From contig NC_043004.1 in the NCBI RefSeq assembly GCF_006345805.1, positions 49,538,001 to 49,602,000 of the forward strand: a stretch of DNA of 64,000 bases, given 5' to 3'. Both the position numbers and the translations under genes were made by a program. This document shows positions 23,319 through 35,400 of this stretch, one piece after another. How positions within the stretch are numbered: position 1 is the first letter of the stretch; every line of letters starts with the position of its first letter. The stretch comes from Octopus sinensis. Lineage: Eukaryota. Below the pieces are notes generated by a model that saw only the letters and a program-made list of their open reading frames with translations, was not told the DNA's origin and searched no databases.

Positions 23319-25606
23319 CATCATCATCGTTTAACGTCCGCTTTCCATGCTAGCATGGGTTGGACGATTTTGACTGAGGGCTGGCGAACCAGATGGCTGC
23401 ACCAGGCTCAAATCTTGATTTGGCAGAGTTTTTCTACAGCTGGATGCCCTTCCTAAAGCCAACCTCTCCGAGAGTGTAGTGGGTGCTTTTTACGTGCCAC
23501 CAGCACAGGGGCCAGTCAGGCGGTACTGGCAACGACCTCGCTCAAACCCTTTTACACATGCCACCAGCACAGGTGCCAGTAAGGCGAATTTGGTAATGAT
23601 CACGCTCGAATGGTGCCCTTTTACGTGCCACTGGCATGGAAGCCAGTTGGCTGCTCTGGCAACGATCACGCTCAGATGGTGCTCTTGGCACTCCACTAGC
23701 ACGGGCACAAGTGTCAGTAAGGCGACGCTGGTAATGATCACGTTCGAATGGTGCCCTTTAAGTGCCACTGGCATGGAAGCCGATTAGCCACTCTGTCAAT
23801 GATCACACTTGTATGCTGCTCTTTGCACCCTGCTAGCATGGACGCTAGTCATCTAATTTGATTTTGATTTTGCTTTTGATTGAATTGATTTCACTTGCCT
23901 CAACAGGTCTTCGCAAGCAGAGTTTTAGTGTCCAAAGAAGGAAAAGGTACGCATAAGTGGGCTGGTTACGCCCCTGGCATAGGCCATGAGATTATGGTTT
24001 CATTTGGCTTGCCGGGTCTTCTCACGCATGGCATATTTCCAAAGGTCTCGGTCACTAGTCATTTCCTTGGTGAGGCCTACAGTTCGAAGGTCGTGCTTCA
24101 CCACTTCATCCCAGATCTACCTCTTCCATAGGTTCCCTCAACCGCTAATGTGTGGCACTTTTTCACACGGCTGTCCTCATCCATTCTTGCCACATGACCA
24201 TACCAGTGCAGTCGTCTCTCTTGCACACCACATCTGATGCTTCTTAGGTTCAACTTTTCTCTCAAGGTACTTACACTCTGTCGAGTATGCACACTGACAT
24301 TACACATCCATCGGATCATACTGGCTTCATTCCTTGCAGTGAAAGCCAGGTACAGGGGCTTATCTTTGGCTAGGTATTTCTCCTGCAGCTGTCTCACCAG
24401 AAATATGGCATCAGTGGTGCTTTTCCCTGGAATGAAACCAAACTGCATCTCATCCAAACTGACTCTCTCCCTAATCAGTTGGGCTATGACCCTCTCCGTA
24501 ACCTTCATTATCTGATTCAACAGCTTGATACCTCTGTAATTAGTTGTATCTAAAGCGTCACCTTTACCTTTGTAGCAGTTGACTATTATGCTGCTACACT
24601 AGTCATTGGGTATGACTTCGTGTATCACCTGGTTAACTATACAGGTAACTAGGCTATAGCCGACAGTGCCAGATATTTTAAGCATCTCTGCAGTAATTCC
24701 TGATGGGCCTGGGGCTTTCCCTGTTTTCATGCTTCTAATTGCCTTAACTACCAAGGAACTGTCAACTCAGATAGCTGGTCCCCTGTTGGGTCGACATTCG
24801 GCAGACTCTCTTTATCCCATTCCTTTTCCTTATTCAGCAACCTTTCATAATGGTGTCTCCAAACCTCTCTCTTTGCATCCTCATTCAGCGCAAATGAACC
24901 ATCATCCATGTGAACACATTTCTCTCTTACCACGTCACGATTCTCTCTCGCACACTGTCTTGCAACATGAAATACCTCAAGTCTTTCATCCTCACAGCAT
25001 AGAACATTGGCAAATTTTTTCTGCTTCCCCTCTGGCTAAATAAACCTGTCTCTTAGCTTCCCTTCTGGCAGTCTGATACACTTCCCAGCTACCACCGTTC
25101 TTCCAGTCCTTCCAAGCCTGTTTCTTTTGTCTAATAGCCCTGTCAACAACATTGTTCCACCACCATGTTATTTTGGGTCGGGAGGGGACTTTGCACCATC
25201 CACAGATCTGGTCGGTGGCCCTTAGCAGGTTGTCCTGTAGGAACCTCCAGTTGTCTTCTATACCATGTGAAGCTATATCCCCTTCTATTTCGTTAAAGGC
25301 TTCGAGTAATATGTCTCTAAATCTCTGTCCATTTGCAGGATTTTTAAGTCTCCAGATCTTTCTTCTCCTTGCTGGTTGTCTTCTGGGCATCCATTTAGCC
25401 CTGATCCTGAAGTCACTAACTACTAGTCTCTGTTGTGGGGTACATTCTTCGCCTGGGAAGGTTTTGGCATTTATAAGCAGTCATCTTTCCCTTTTTCTGG
25501 TGAGGATGTAGTCGATCTGACTAGTGTGTCTGCCAGAGCGGTAGGTGACTAGGTGGCTGGCAGGTTTTCTGAAGTTAGTATTGCAAACCATAAGATCATT
25601 TGCGTC
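23319..25606 (-). mobile_element. Second RTE copy (related subfamily), 5'-truncated, with an internal deletion of the RT core
   Basis: ORFs 24098..24520, 24748..24933 and 24992..25390; fusion LYLAF|TARNEASM; 10-bp TSD atgtgtatat at 23309-23318 and 25607-25616. Confidence 0.9.
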
Positions 25607-26531
25607 ATGTGTATATATGTATATTGTTTGACATATATATGCATTAATGTATTTATGTATAAGTGTGTATATGTGTGGATTAAAATAAATTGTTTCATAT
25701 TGGTATTATTTTGGTTTTGATGTAATGTATATATAGAATTTATTTTTCTATGTGTGTATAAAACTGGTTTCGTTTGGTTTATAAGTATCGGTAAGTATAT
25801 ATATGTGAGTAAATGAATAATGGGGTATATATGTAGATATAGCATATTTATCTTATTTAATTTGTTGTTTTGGCTCATTGTTAGCATGTGGGAGATTTTA
25901 TTTGTATTGTTTATTACTTTGTTTTTGTATGATATATTTATATTGCTTTTTTGCTGAAGATAGAGTGGATTTTGTTTTTCGTTTTGTTTCTGTAAATGGA
26001 AAAATAGTTATCTTCCCTGCATTCTAATTGTCAGATTCATAATATTTCGATTTGAATTAATATATAAAATAATGTTTTAACATAAATAGATACATGTTTG
26101 TATGAATTGTATATGTATGCAAATTGTAAAAAATAGAAGTGAATATGCAATTGTGTATACGTACGTGTGTGTGTATGCATGTATACATAAATGATAGGGG
26201 TATGTGTGTATACATAAGTATATATAAATATATATATATAAACGTATGTATTGTGCAATAAAATCAGTTATAGAATGGAATATTTATAGATTTAAATTTA
26301 GGAATTAACATAACTTTAGTTAGATTATTTACTTATCTATGATTAAGCTTGCTCTCATAAAGCATTTTCATTAAGCCTTAACAGTTACAAATATTTTCAA
26401 TTGATGTTTTTGTGTCAAATATTTAAGCAGATATGTCTATCTGATGAAGCATCATTACATATTTAAACGTTCACTTTACTAAATTTATACTCGAGCTAAA
26501 CCCAAACAACCCGAGTGACAGATTCCCCATT

Positions 26532-26578
<47 letters not shown>

Positions 26579-27399
26579 TATATATACACACACACACATG
26601 TTGTTGCTATAAGTTATATATATATAATCACAAAAACATCAGAAGGGGCAATACATATACATATGGTGATTGGCATTAAGAAGACCATCCAGCTGTAGAA
26701 ACCATGCCAAAGTGGATATTGGAGATGCAGTCCATGAACCCATCAGATCTCAAACCAACCAATCCATTTCAAGATGGAAGATGGATGCTAAAGAATAACA
26801 TTGACCTATCTTCCCACAGCACGAAGCTGCCTATCATTACTCTTTCTTCAATTCACTCTATCACTCATGTCTGCTTTAAAAGAATAGAAATAAGTTAGAG
26901 TAGACTAGACTCTTTAGATTTGCAGACTCAAGGTAACCTCTCTAGTGCTGGTGCCATGACAAAATGCTTCTAGTACTCTATATAAAATGGTTATTGAATG
27001 AATGGAGACAATGCAGAATAAAGCAGATTCTTTAATCTTTTTTGATGACATGATCACCTCTCAGGTACAGTTGCCATTATAAAATGTACCCAGTATATTT
27101 TGTAAAGTAGTTGACATCAGATAGGACATCCAGCCACAAAGCCATAAGTGAAATGTACATTCAAATAAAGGAGAGCAATAATTCTGAATTTAAGCTAATT
27201 TCTATGGATAACAAATGTAAACTGATGTTGTTGATGATATATATATATACACACACACATACATATAGACCCACACATAATGTCTATGTGTATGTTTTCC
27301 TTACAACTGTCAACTTGCAATAGTTCAAAAGTAAAGCTGAGTCACTCTCACTGGTCTGGGAATACCTGTGAAAGACATGGACACAGCTCCTTCTCCTAT

Positions 27400-27610
27400 A
27401 CCAATGCTCTCACCATTTCCCTAAAAGAGAGGGAATTAGTTGATAACATCAGCCCAGTGTTTAACTTGTACTTATTTTATTGACTGCAAGAAGATGAAAG
27501 GTACAGTTGGCCTCAACGGAATTTGAACTCACAATGTAAAGCTGGCAGAAATTCTGTGAAACATTTTGTTTGGTGTACTAGTGATTCTGCCAGTTTGTCA
27601 TCTTAATAAT
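27400..27610 (-). mobile_element. Decayed tRNA-head SINE
   Basis: Homologous to 55977..56205 (gatgaaagg..ggaatttgaactc..gattctgccag). Confidence 0.65.
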
Positions 27611-27653
27611 GATAATAATAATAACAATATCTTCATGAGTCACAAAGACTTAC

Positions 27654-27738
27654 AAAGCTGGTCTTCAGCTCAAACTTCAGAAGGGTTAAATGAGCAAGCA
27701 GTAAATCTTTCCTTGAATAAGGTGTCATTCTATCAGAG
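27654..27738 (-). CDS. Alternative candidate exon, 85 bp, phase 2->0 (SDRMTPYSRKDLLLAHLTLLKFELKTSF)
   Basis: Donor gtaagt, mediocre acceptor; frame-incompatible with also including 17796..17823. Confidence 0.3.
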
Positions 27739-27937
27739 CTAACATTTCCAGAAGAACATGTAATTAATACCACACAGTTAGATAAAAAGAGACATGTAAG
27801 AATTAAGTGTTTCTTTCCTTAAGGTAATTCATAAATATCAATAGTAATAAGAAACTAACAACCTATACAATTGGTTATAAACCCTATCCTGTTGGCTCTA
27901 CTCTAAGTTATGATGTTAATGTCGTTACACAACTTAC

Positions 27938-28005
27938 CTAGTATCAACTTCTTTATAATTAACAGGTTTCCGCTTCCGAGTTAGTCGTCCATTATTGGCC
28001 GATGT
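27938..28005 (-). CDS. SYCP2: SYCP2-like exon, 68 bp, phase 0->2 (TSANNGRLTRKRKPVNYKEVDT)
   Basis: Donor gtaagt, pyrimidine-rich acceptor; the R..R.K..NYK(E/D) motif resembles the one recalled from SYCP2. Confidence 0.75.
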
Positions 28006-28604
28006 CTTCATGTTAAAGAAACAAATTTAGAAAAAAGTAGTCAAAGGACAGAAATGAATTAAATGTTATTATAGTAAGAAACATGACCATAGATCTAAAG
28101 AATAAACAAAATACAGAATACTTGAATCTCAATTGCAAACAATAAGAGGTTAAAAGTAGTGAAAGCAAATGAGTAGCTTGATCTATTGTGTGATTAGAGG
28201 CATCTCTGACAATATATCTTATTTATACCACTGCAGCACTCTGGTTGTTGATAAACATATGTACTGTTTCAGTTTTGTTGTTGTTGTAAGTACGCCTATG
28301 ATCAAAGACATTCCAGTATAATCAACATGTCCTTTATCTGTACATTATGTATCAAGGATTACATTATTTAATGTACTCTTCTTACAGGTGTATTATACAC
28401 TTCCTAAAAGTTGAGAGTTGGGAAAGGAGAATATGTTACCTGAATAATCTGAGATAGAGATGAGATGGATGAAGTTTGAGAGATGAGGGAAAACATGGTT
28501 AGATGGTAATTAAATATATAACACTGATGAATTAAGACGATGGTGTCATTTCCTAGTTTAGTTGGTGTCAGTTCAGATTTAATCTGTTAGTACAATACTC
28601 TGAC

Positions 28605-28940
28605 TATTTTGTAACCACATGGTTTTCAGTTCAATCCCACAGAGCAGCAGCTTGGGCAAGTGTCTTCAACTATAGCCGCAGGCTGAGCAATGCCTTGTGA
28701 GTGAATATGGTAGATAGTAACTGTGTGGTAGTCCATTGCATGTGTGTGTGTGTGTGTGTCTTTGAATTTATCTTTGCTCCTCGCCACAACTCAACAACCA
28801 GTATTGGTTTGTTTATGATCCTTAGCTGTTTGGAAAAAACAAAACTGATAGAATAAGTATCAGACTTAAAATATGTACTGAGGTTGATTTGATCAACTAA
28901 AACCTTTCAAGGTGGTGCCCAGCTAAGCTGCACTTTAATG
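28605..28940 (+). mobile_element. Decayed SINE with central (GT)n, same family as 31.8-32.8 kb
   Basis: aaccacatggtt..gggcaagtgtctt..ctatagcc..atgccttgtgagtg head; gatagaataagta body. Confidence 0.7.
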
Positions 28941-29727
28941 TCTGAAACAAGCAAAAGATGAGATTGGCTGTTAAAATAACAATAATTAAAAAAAAAAAAT
29001 CTACAGTATTAATGTTTTTATTTCAGCTTTTAGAAACTTCAGAAATATGATAGTGTGTGTATGTAGAGATGGGTGAAGAGAAACTGAAAAGAATCTTAAA
29101 TAGAGACCAGGGCTGATTAAAAAAATTGAGAGTGAGAGACGAGTTGCAGAGTAACAACAGTAAAAATTATCTTAAGTTTCTGTTTAATGAATAATATACT
29201 GTCATTTGCCTTGCTAGAAATAACAACCATATCTCCATTAGACGTTTCCTGCTATCTTATATATATATACATATTAGAGCAAAATGCTTAGAAATATGGA
29301 ATTGACACATGGAATGTTTTTAAATCATGTAAATGCCTGAAATGTTAGAATTGTAGGCTACACATAGACAGACCACCTACGTGCCATAGATCAGTTCGAT
29401 CAGGATTGGACAGGTTGGGGAGGGCCACACAGTAATAACATGACATTAGAAAACCAACAGAATATTAGCTAGAATAATTATGTCAATGTTCAGTCAATGT
29501 TTTCTTGTTTCTGCAGTTGTCCTAGTTCATGTGTTGAAAATGATGAACAGCTAAAGTTGAATCAATGGAAATGTAAAAAAAAAATTTTTCAGTAATAAAA
29601 GAAATACAATATGCCTTAAATTTACATCCATAACAGAGATGCAAAGCTATTGTATTCTATACTAACATAAGTAATCGTTATCATTGCTATTACAGAGATT
29701 AAATCAAGAGAAGATATTATCCCTTAC

Positions 29728-31184
29728 CTTAGAATTAACCGAACTGCTCGAAACTTTTTTGGAAGTTTTGTCACTTCTTCCTGAACCATCACATTGTTTG
29801 TTATTTAAACCCTGACGTCCAGGAGGTAAGGGATTAAAGCATGTTTCATTGGACTGGTCTTTGTTAAATTCATCTAAGACAGATTTAGGTGTCTGATTTG
29901 AAGTAACAGATTTTAATGTTTGATTTAAAGTAACAGATTTAGACATCTGATTTGAAGTAATGGGTTTAGATGTCTGATTTGAAGTTTTATGCTTTTTGTT
30001 GAAAGATTGTTTGGTTTTCTTAGAAGCAGTAGTTGGCAGAAAGCTTTCAGATTCTTTAATTGGTTTTGATCTTTTGGTGATATCTAAGTAGTTTGAAAGA
30101 TTGGCTGGTTTAGTATTCTGCCTAGTCTTGAAAAATTTACGTTTTTCTGAAATGACTGGAGATGAACTTCTGACAGACAGTTTAACATCAGAAGAGTTAT
30201 TACTGATATTGTCAAAATCGTAAGGGTCATAATAATTAGAGAAGTTTGCTTGTTGTTTTGATCTGTAATTTCTTTTTGCCTTCTCTTGTGCTTTATGAGG
30301 TGGAGTCTGTTCAAATAGTTTAAGACTTGGGCTTCGGTTACCTTCAGATTTTCTATGTGCTTCATTTGGTGATCGAGAAGAGAAATAAGAGAGGGGTCTT
30401 TTTGGAATATTCCCTTTTATTTTTGATTGTTGTTTCGAATTGGTTTGGAACTTAGAACTATTACTGGCAGTTTTTGGGTTCACTAGTTGATCCCCTTCTG
30501 TTGATCGTGACATGTTCTCTGGACTAGCAACTTTCTGTTGTTGATTTGTATTTCCTGGCGATTTTTTCCTCATTGTAGGATCAGTAACAGGACTAGATAA
30601 GTTACTAGATGCCAATGCTGACTTACTTGATAGGTCAGTGTCATTATTATTATTATTATTATGGTTAGAAGTGTTGCTTGTAGTTTTAGAACTTTTGTCA
30701 TTTGTTAAATCAACATCAGGATTCCTTGATTTGTGAAGTGTGGAAAGATGATGAGGATCTTTCAATATTTCATCTTCTTTCATAGTCTGGTTCTTGTCAA
30801 CATCGTCAATGTCTTGGAAAACAGTCTCACATGAAGATTTCACAAAGCCTTTAATTCTAGCATTCAAATTATTAACTGATGACTTGTCTCTTTGCTGATT
30901 AAATTTCTTGAGATTTTCTTTTGTGATGGTGGAGTACTTTGAAGGTATGGTTCTATTGTTGCCAGAATTAGCATCACTATCAGAACTCATGAAATGGAAA
31001 GATGTTTTCTTAACCGGGCTCTTAGTTTTCATTCTATTATCTGATGTAGATGATAAATTCTCTACAGCAGTCTGTTTAGATTCAGTAACCTTTGTTACTT
31101 CTTTCAAAACATCATTATTTATTTCTTTGATTTTATCAATATTACTGGACTTCAATTCAGAATTTTTCTTTATTAAAGAATGAT
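29728..31184 (-). CDS. SYCP2: SYCP2-like giant exon, 1457 bp, phase 1->0, S/N/K/T-rich intrinsically disordered region
   Basis: 483-aa ORF 29704..31155 in AT-rich DNA; acceptor tttttgtcctctag, donor AAG|gtaagg. Confidence 0.88.
29878..29985 (-). repeat. Coding minisatellite, 4 x 27 bp (TSNQTSKPI / TSNQMSKSV / TLNQTLKSV / TSNQTPKSV)
   Basis: Visible in the translation of ORF 29704..31155. Confidence 0.9.
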
Positions 31185-31997
31185 CTAGAGGACAAAAATA
31201 AAGTGATAAATGATTCTTGAGAATTTTCTAGATTATGAAACCTGAAAAAAGAAACTGTTTTGAGAAAACAACAGAAAATTTAAATCATAATTTAACTGGA
31301 CAGGATATTTGACAAAGTTTCATAAGATTTCACGACACACTCATTCATTGCAGTTAAACATGTATGACACATTGGCCAATGTGTCCGTGCATGCATATGC
31401 AGTATGCGTGACAATAATTGAATATAGAACTGTATACCATGTTTTATCATCCATTTAAAGGTATTGAAAATTGAAATATTAAATTTGAAATTACAGCAAT
31501 AAGGAAACTCAGCTACTAAGCTGTTATCATAACACATTTTTATGAAAACAACAACAATCATAAAGCTTACATATGAATGACGGATCTTCTGTTATACTGA
31601 CATCTTTTGTCGAAGGAGTTACTTTTAGAATAGTTTTCTGAAAGAAAATAGAAGAAATGACAGGTAAATCAAAATCTAATCATTAAATGTAATTACAATA
31701 TAATTTAGGACAGTCTTATATTACCATTATTTCCCCATTATTTTTTATCCTGCCAGCTTGATAAGATAAATACCAGTAATATATTGATGTTGATATGAAC
31801 TACTACTATAGGTGCAGGAGTGGCTGTGTGGTAAGTAGCTTGCTAACCAACCACATGGTTCCGGGTTCAGTCCCACTGCGTGGCATCTTGGGCAAGTGTT
31901 TTCTGCTATAGCCCCGGGCCGACCAATGCCTTGTGAGTGGATTTGGTAGACGGAAACTGAAAGAAGCCTGTCGTATATATGTATATATATATATAAT

Positions 31998-32408
31998 CTT
32001 TACTCTTTTTACTCTTTTACTTGTTTCAGTCATTTGACTGCGGCCATGCTGGAGCACCGCCTTTAGTCGAGCAAATCGACCTCGGGACTTATTCTTTGTA
32101 AGCCCAGTACTTATTCTATCGGTCTCTTTTGCCGAACCGCTAAGTGACGGGGACGTAAACAAACCAGCATCGGTTGTCAAGCAATGCTAGGGAGACAAAC
32201 ACAGACACACAAACACATACACATATATATATACATATATACGACAGGCTTCTTTCAGTTTCCGTCTACCAAATCCACTCACAAGGCATTGGTCGGCCTG
32301 GGGCTATAGCAGAAGACACTTGCCCAAGATGCCACGCAGTGGGACTGAACCCGGAACCATGTGGTTGGTTAGCAAGCTACTTACCACACAGCCACTCCTG
32401 CGCCTATA
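31998..32408 (-). mobile_element. Full-length young SINE (-) nested in the previous SINE
   Basis: tRNA-like head at 32237-32408, microsatellite, body, and (AAAAGAGT)n-like tail. Confidence 0.9.
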
Positions 32409-32411
32409 TAT

Positions 32412-32540
32412 AGAAACACTGCCAGATCTGACTGGCCTGGTGCAGCCTTCGGGCTTGCCAGACCCCAGTTGAACCGTCCAACCCATGCTAGCATGGAAAG
32501 CGGACGTTAAACGATGATGATGATGATGATGATGATGATG
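32412..32540 (+). mobile_element. RTE 3' tail fragment ending in (GAT)n
   Basis: Reverse complement of the 19302-19410 region. Confidence 0.85.
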
Positions 32541-33822
32541 ATATATATGTATGTGTGTGTGTGTTTGTGTGTCTGTGTTTGTCCCCCTAGCATTGCTTGA
32601 CAACCGATGCTGGTGTGTTTACGTCCCCGTCACTTAGTGGTTCGGCAAAAGAGACCGATAGAATAAGTACTGGGCTTACAAAGAATAAGTCCCGGGGTCG
32701 ATTTGCTCGACTAAAAGCGGTGCTCCAGCATGGCCGCAGTCAAATGACTGAAACAAGTAAAAGAGTACTACTATATATTTCTTTCCAGTTTATGACCCTT
32801 GGCTTATATTACAAATCACTATTAATGGCAATGGATAAAAAAACAAAAAACAGTAAAATGACAACCTAAATGCTGTTACGTCTCAATATAATGAGTTAAA
32901 ATTTTATATTTAACTTTATTTTTCATCCTGCAAGGTTAGTTAAAATAAGGTACTAGTGGTAATATGCATTATTAGACCCTTAGGGCTTTGTGCTTATGTT
33001 CAAAATAATTGTTATTATTACATAAAATATAACATTGTTGACAGATTTTAATTTGAATATGTAGAATGCTTACAGTATATCTCATATAAATCATTTAAAT
33101 GTTGACTTAAATGTTTCATTTCACTAACAATCATTTTTCTAATGTCAGTATTCAATAGCAGAAAATGTGTTAGGCAGAGTAGTGGTGTCTAGAGAGGAGA
33201 GTGGGATCTGGAGCAGGGGCTATTTTGTGGTGATAGGCCTTATCTAAAGTATAGTCCAGAATAACTACTCACCATCACAATCATCATAGTAGACAATTGA
33301 AAGGGAAAAGTCTCCAAAAAGTCCTCCAATATTATGAAAATTAATCCATTACTTCTTACTTTTACACAATTATTGGTACATTCTCTTGTCTCTCATGATA
33401 ATGGCCTATGCTCCTCTGAATATGCTGGCTTTACCACTGCTCTCTTGCTTGAATTCATCTGGATTATCAGCTACACCACCTCCTCTGATATTCAATGTGT
33501 TTTGCTTTCGTTCTGCCCTATATGAAGCTACAAGTATACTAATCGTAGCAACTTCTCCTAGTGGGGTCTAAATATGCTTATGAACATTACTTCTCTTTCG
33601 TCCTCATACTCAAAATAAATAAATTTCTTTCTACTTTAGACACAAGGCCTGAAATTTGGTGGGAGGAAACTAGCTGATTATATTGACTCCAAAACTCAGC
33701 TGATAATTATTTTATTTACTCCAAAAGAATGACAGGAAAAGTTGACTTGATGGAATTTCAACTCAGAACATTAAGTCAGAAGATGATTCAAGGCTAATGA
33801 GTCTATCAGCTTGTTGCCTTAA

Positions 33823-34045
33823 CCATTTAGCATTCAGATTACTCTGCCAAATGTATAATGTTTATTTATTCACATTGATTTGAATTAATCATGCATTATC
33901 TTTTAGCTTTGAGATATCAAATAGCTTTGAGATATTTTTAGAATGATATTGTAGGGTAGGTGTGAGAGACCAGATCTGGCAGCTTTGCACATAAAAAACA
34001 AGTGCAATATTTCGGCCTGATATGGTCGGATTAAATGCTGTAGGG
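33823..34045. mobile_element. piggyBac-like MITE (TTAA target)
   Basis: TTAA|ccatttagcatt ... aatgctgtaggg|TTAA: short TIRs flanked by TTAA at 33819 and 34046. Confidence 0.7.
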
Positions 34046-34352
34046 TTAATAATCGAAATAAATAAATAAATAAATAAAACTTAGTAATAATTAAGAAAAT
34101 ATTTAAGAGTATATACTAATGCTCTGTATATGTAGCAACAAAATATAATACCAGTTTAAATGTACCAAAAGATTAACCAAATACTCAGTGAATGTATCAA
34201 AAGGTTACACTCAACATTTCTGGACTTCCAAATGAATACTAATTCTCTGTAAATGTACCCATGGACCCACAAATTATACTAATACTTTGTAAATATATCA
34301 ATAGGTTATGTTAACACTCTGTGAATTACTAAGCAGATATAAAATAATGATG

Positions 34353-34393
<41 letters not shown>

Positions 34394-34668
34394 ATATATA
34401 TATATATATATTATTAGCAGTGTTTCTGCAGGGCTGCAACCTTTAGGCTGTAACACGTAAAAGAATATCTATAAATATATATACACCTACATAATAAGAC
34501 ATACAAACAGGGCAAATTTAACTATTTCTCTGTAGATTGAAAAATTTTCAAATCTTAGTGGGTTCTCATCAGAGGGGTCAGCCAATCTAAATGTTATTTG
34601 TTGATAAACAACACTACCAATACAGTTCTGTATTTAAGAGATGAGGAATTATGTACATTGTTTATATT

Positions 34669-34862
34669 ATTTACATTATTTACATTTGATGGATATTTGT
34701 CCTCATCTTGTTTGTTGTTAACACAACGTTTCGGTTGAAACACCCTCCAGTCTTCATTTCCCCAAGACACCTGATGAAGGCTGGAGAGTATATCAGCCGA
34801 AACGTTGTGTTAAAAACAAGCAAGATGAGGAAAAATACCCATCAAATGAAAATAATGTAAAT
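34669..34862. mobile_element. Inverted (palindromic) Penelope-like terminal-repeat relic
   Basis: ~88-bp arms 34669-34756 and 34775-34862, roughly 90% complementary. Confidence 0.75.
34766..34811 (+). ncRNA. Minimal type I hammerhead ribozyme motif
   Basis: Stem I GACAC/GUGUU; core CUGAUGA(A); stem II GGCUG/CAGCC; GAAA; palindromic stem III AACGUU; GUU cleavage triplet at 34804-34806. Confidence 0.7.
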
Positions 34863-35400
34863 ACTACCAATGGTTTCATCTGGGAAGTTCACGAGTTTTC
34901 AGATGTTCCACTTAAGAAAGTAGGTAATGTTAATATATAATACAATTAATCTGTGATGAACACAAAAAATCCCCAAGGCAAATGAAACAAAATAACAATT
35001 GAAGAAGCCCCTAAATAAGTTATCTTTCCTTATCTGCATACCTGTGAACTAAAGAAATATTTTAAAGTCTCATATAATCTTGTGTAATCTCATGTAGTTT
35101 CATCCAACATGGAGGTGGTTTACCAACATTCTTAAGTGGAACACTTAAAAAATTGCAAACTTTCCACATGAAACCATTGGTAGCATTACTAAGGCACAAA
35201 TAATGAATATATTATTCATCAAATGTGATGTTCAGCACGCATTCTCACTGTTCAGTACTAAAATACTATATATGTATATATGTGAAAAGGTTGAATTATA
35301 TTTCATCCTTTAATTCCAAAAAAGCAATTTCTAATAAAGATTCTTCGTATTTTGCTGGTAGCTTACTGGTGTAAGTTTGTGAATATGAAAATACTTGTAC

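Larger units (their letters stand above)
31808..32768 (+). mobile_element. SINE (+) split at its central microsatellite (head 31808-31990, body ~32550-32768)
   Basis: Head and body each match the reverse complement of the intact copy at 31998-32408. Confidence 0.85.

Noticed and set aside
31808-31900. tRNA gene-like heads (also at 42.5, 56.2 and 62.5 kb)
   Set aside because: A/B-box-like heads of SINEs followed by SINE bodies and TSDs; no full cloverleaf
33359-33570. Possible minus-strand exon with a gtaaga donor
   Set aside because: All three frames contain a stop before the donor
34710-34760. Mirror hammerhead on the minus (gene-sense) strand of the palindrome
   Set aside because: Core truncated (AAAUGA instead of CUGAUGA) and stem II mispaired, so not called as a ribozyme
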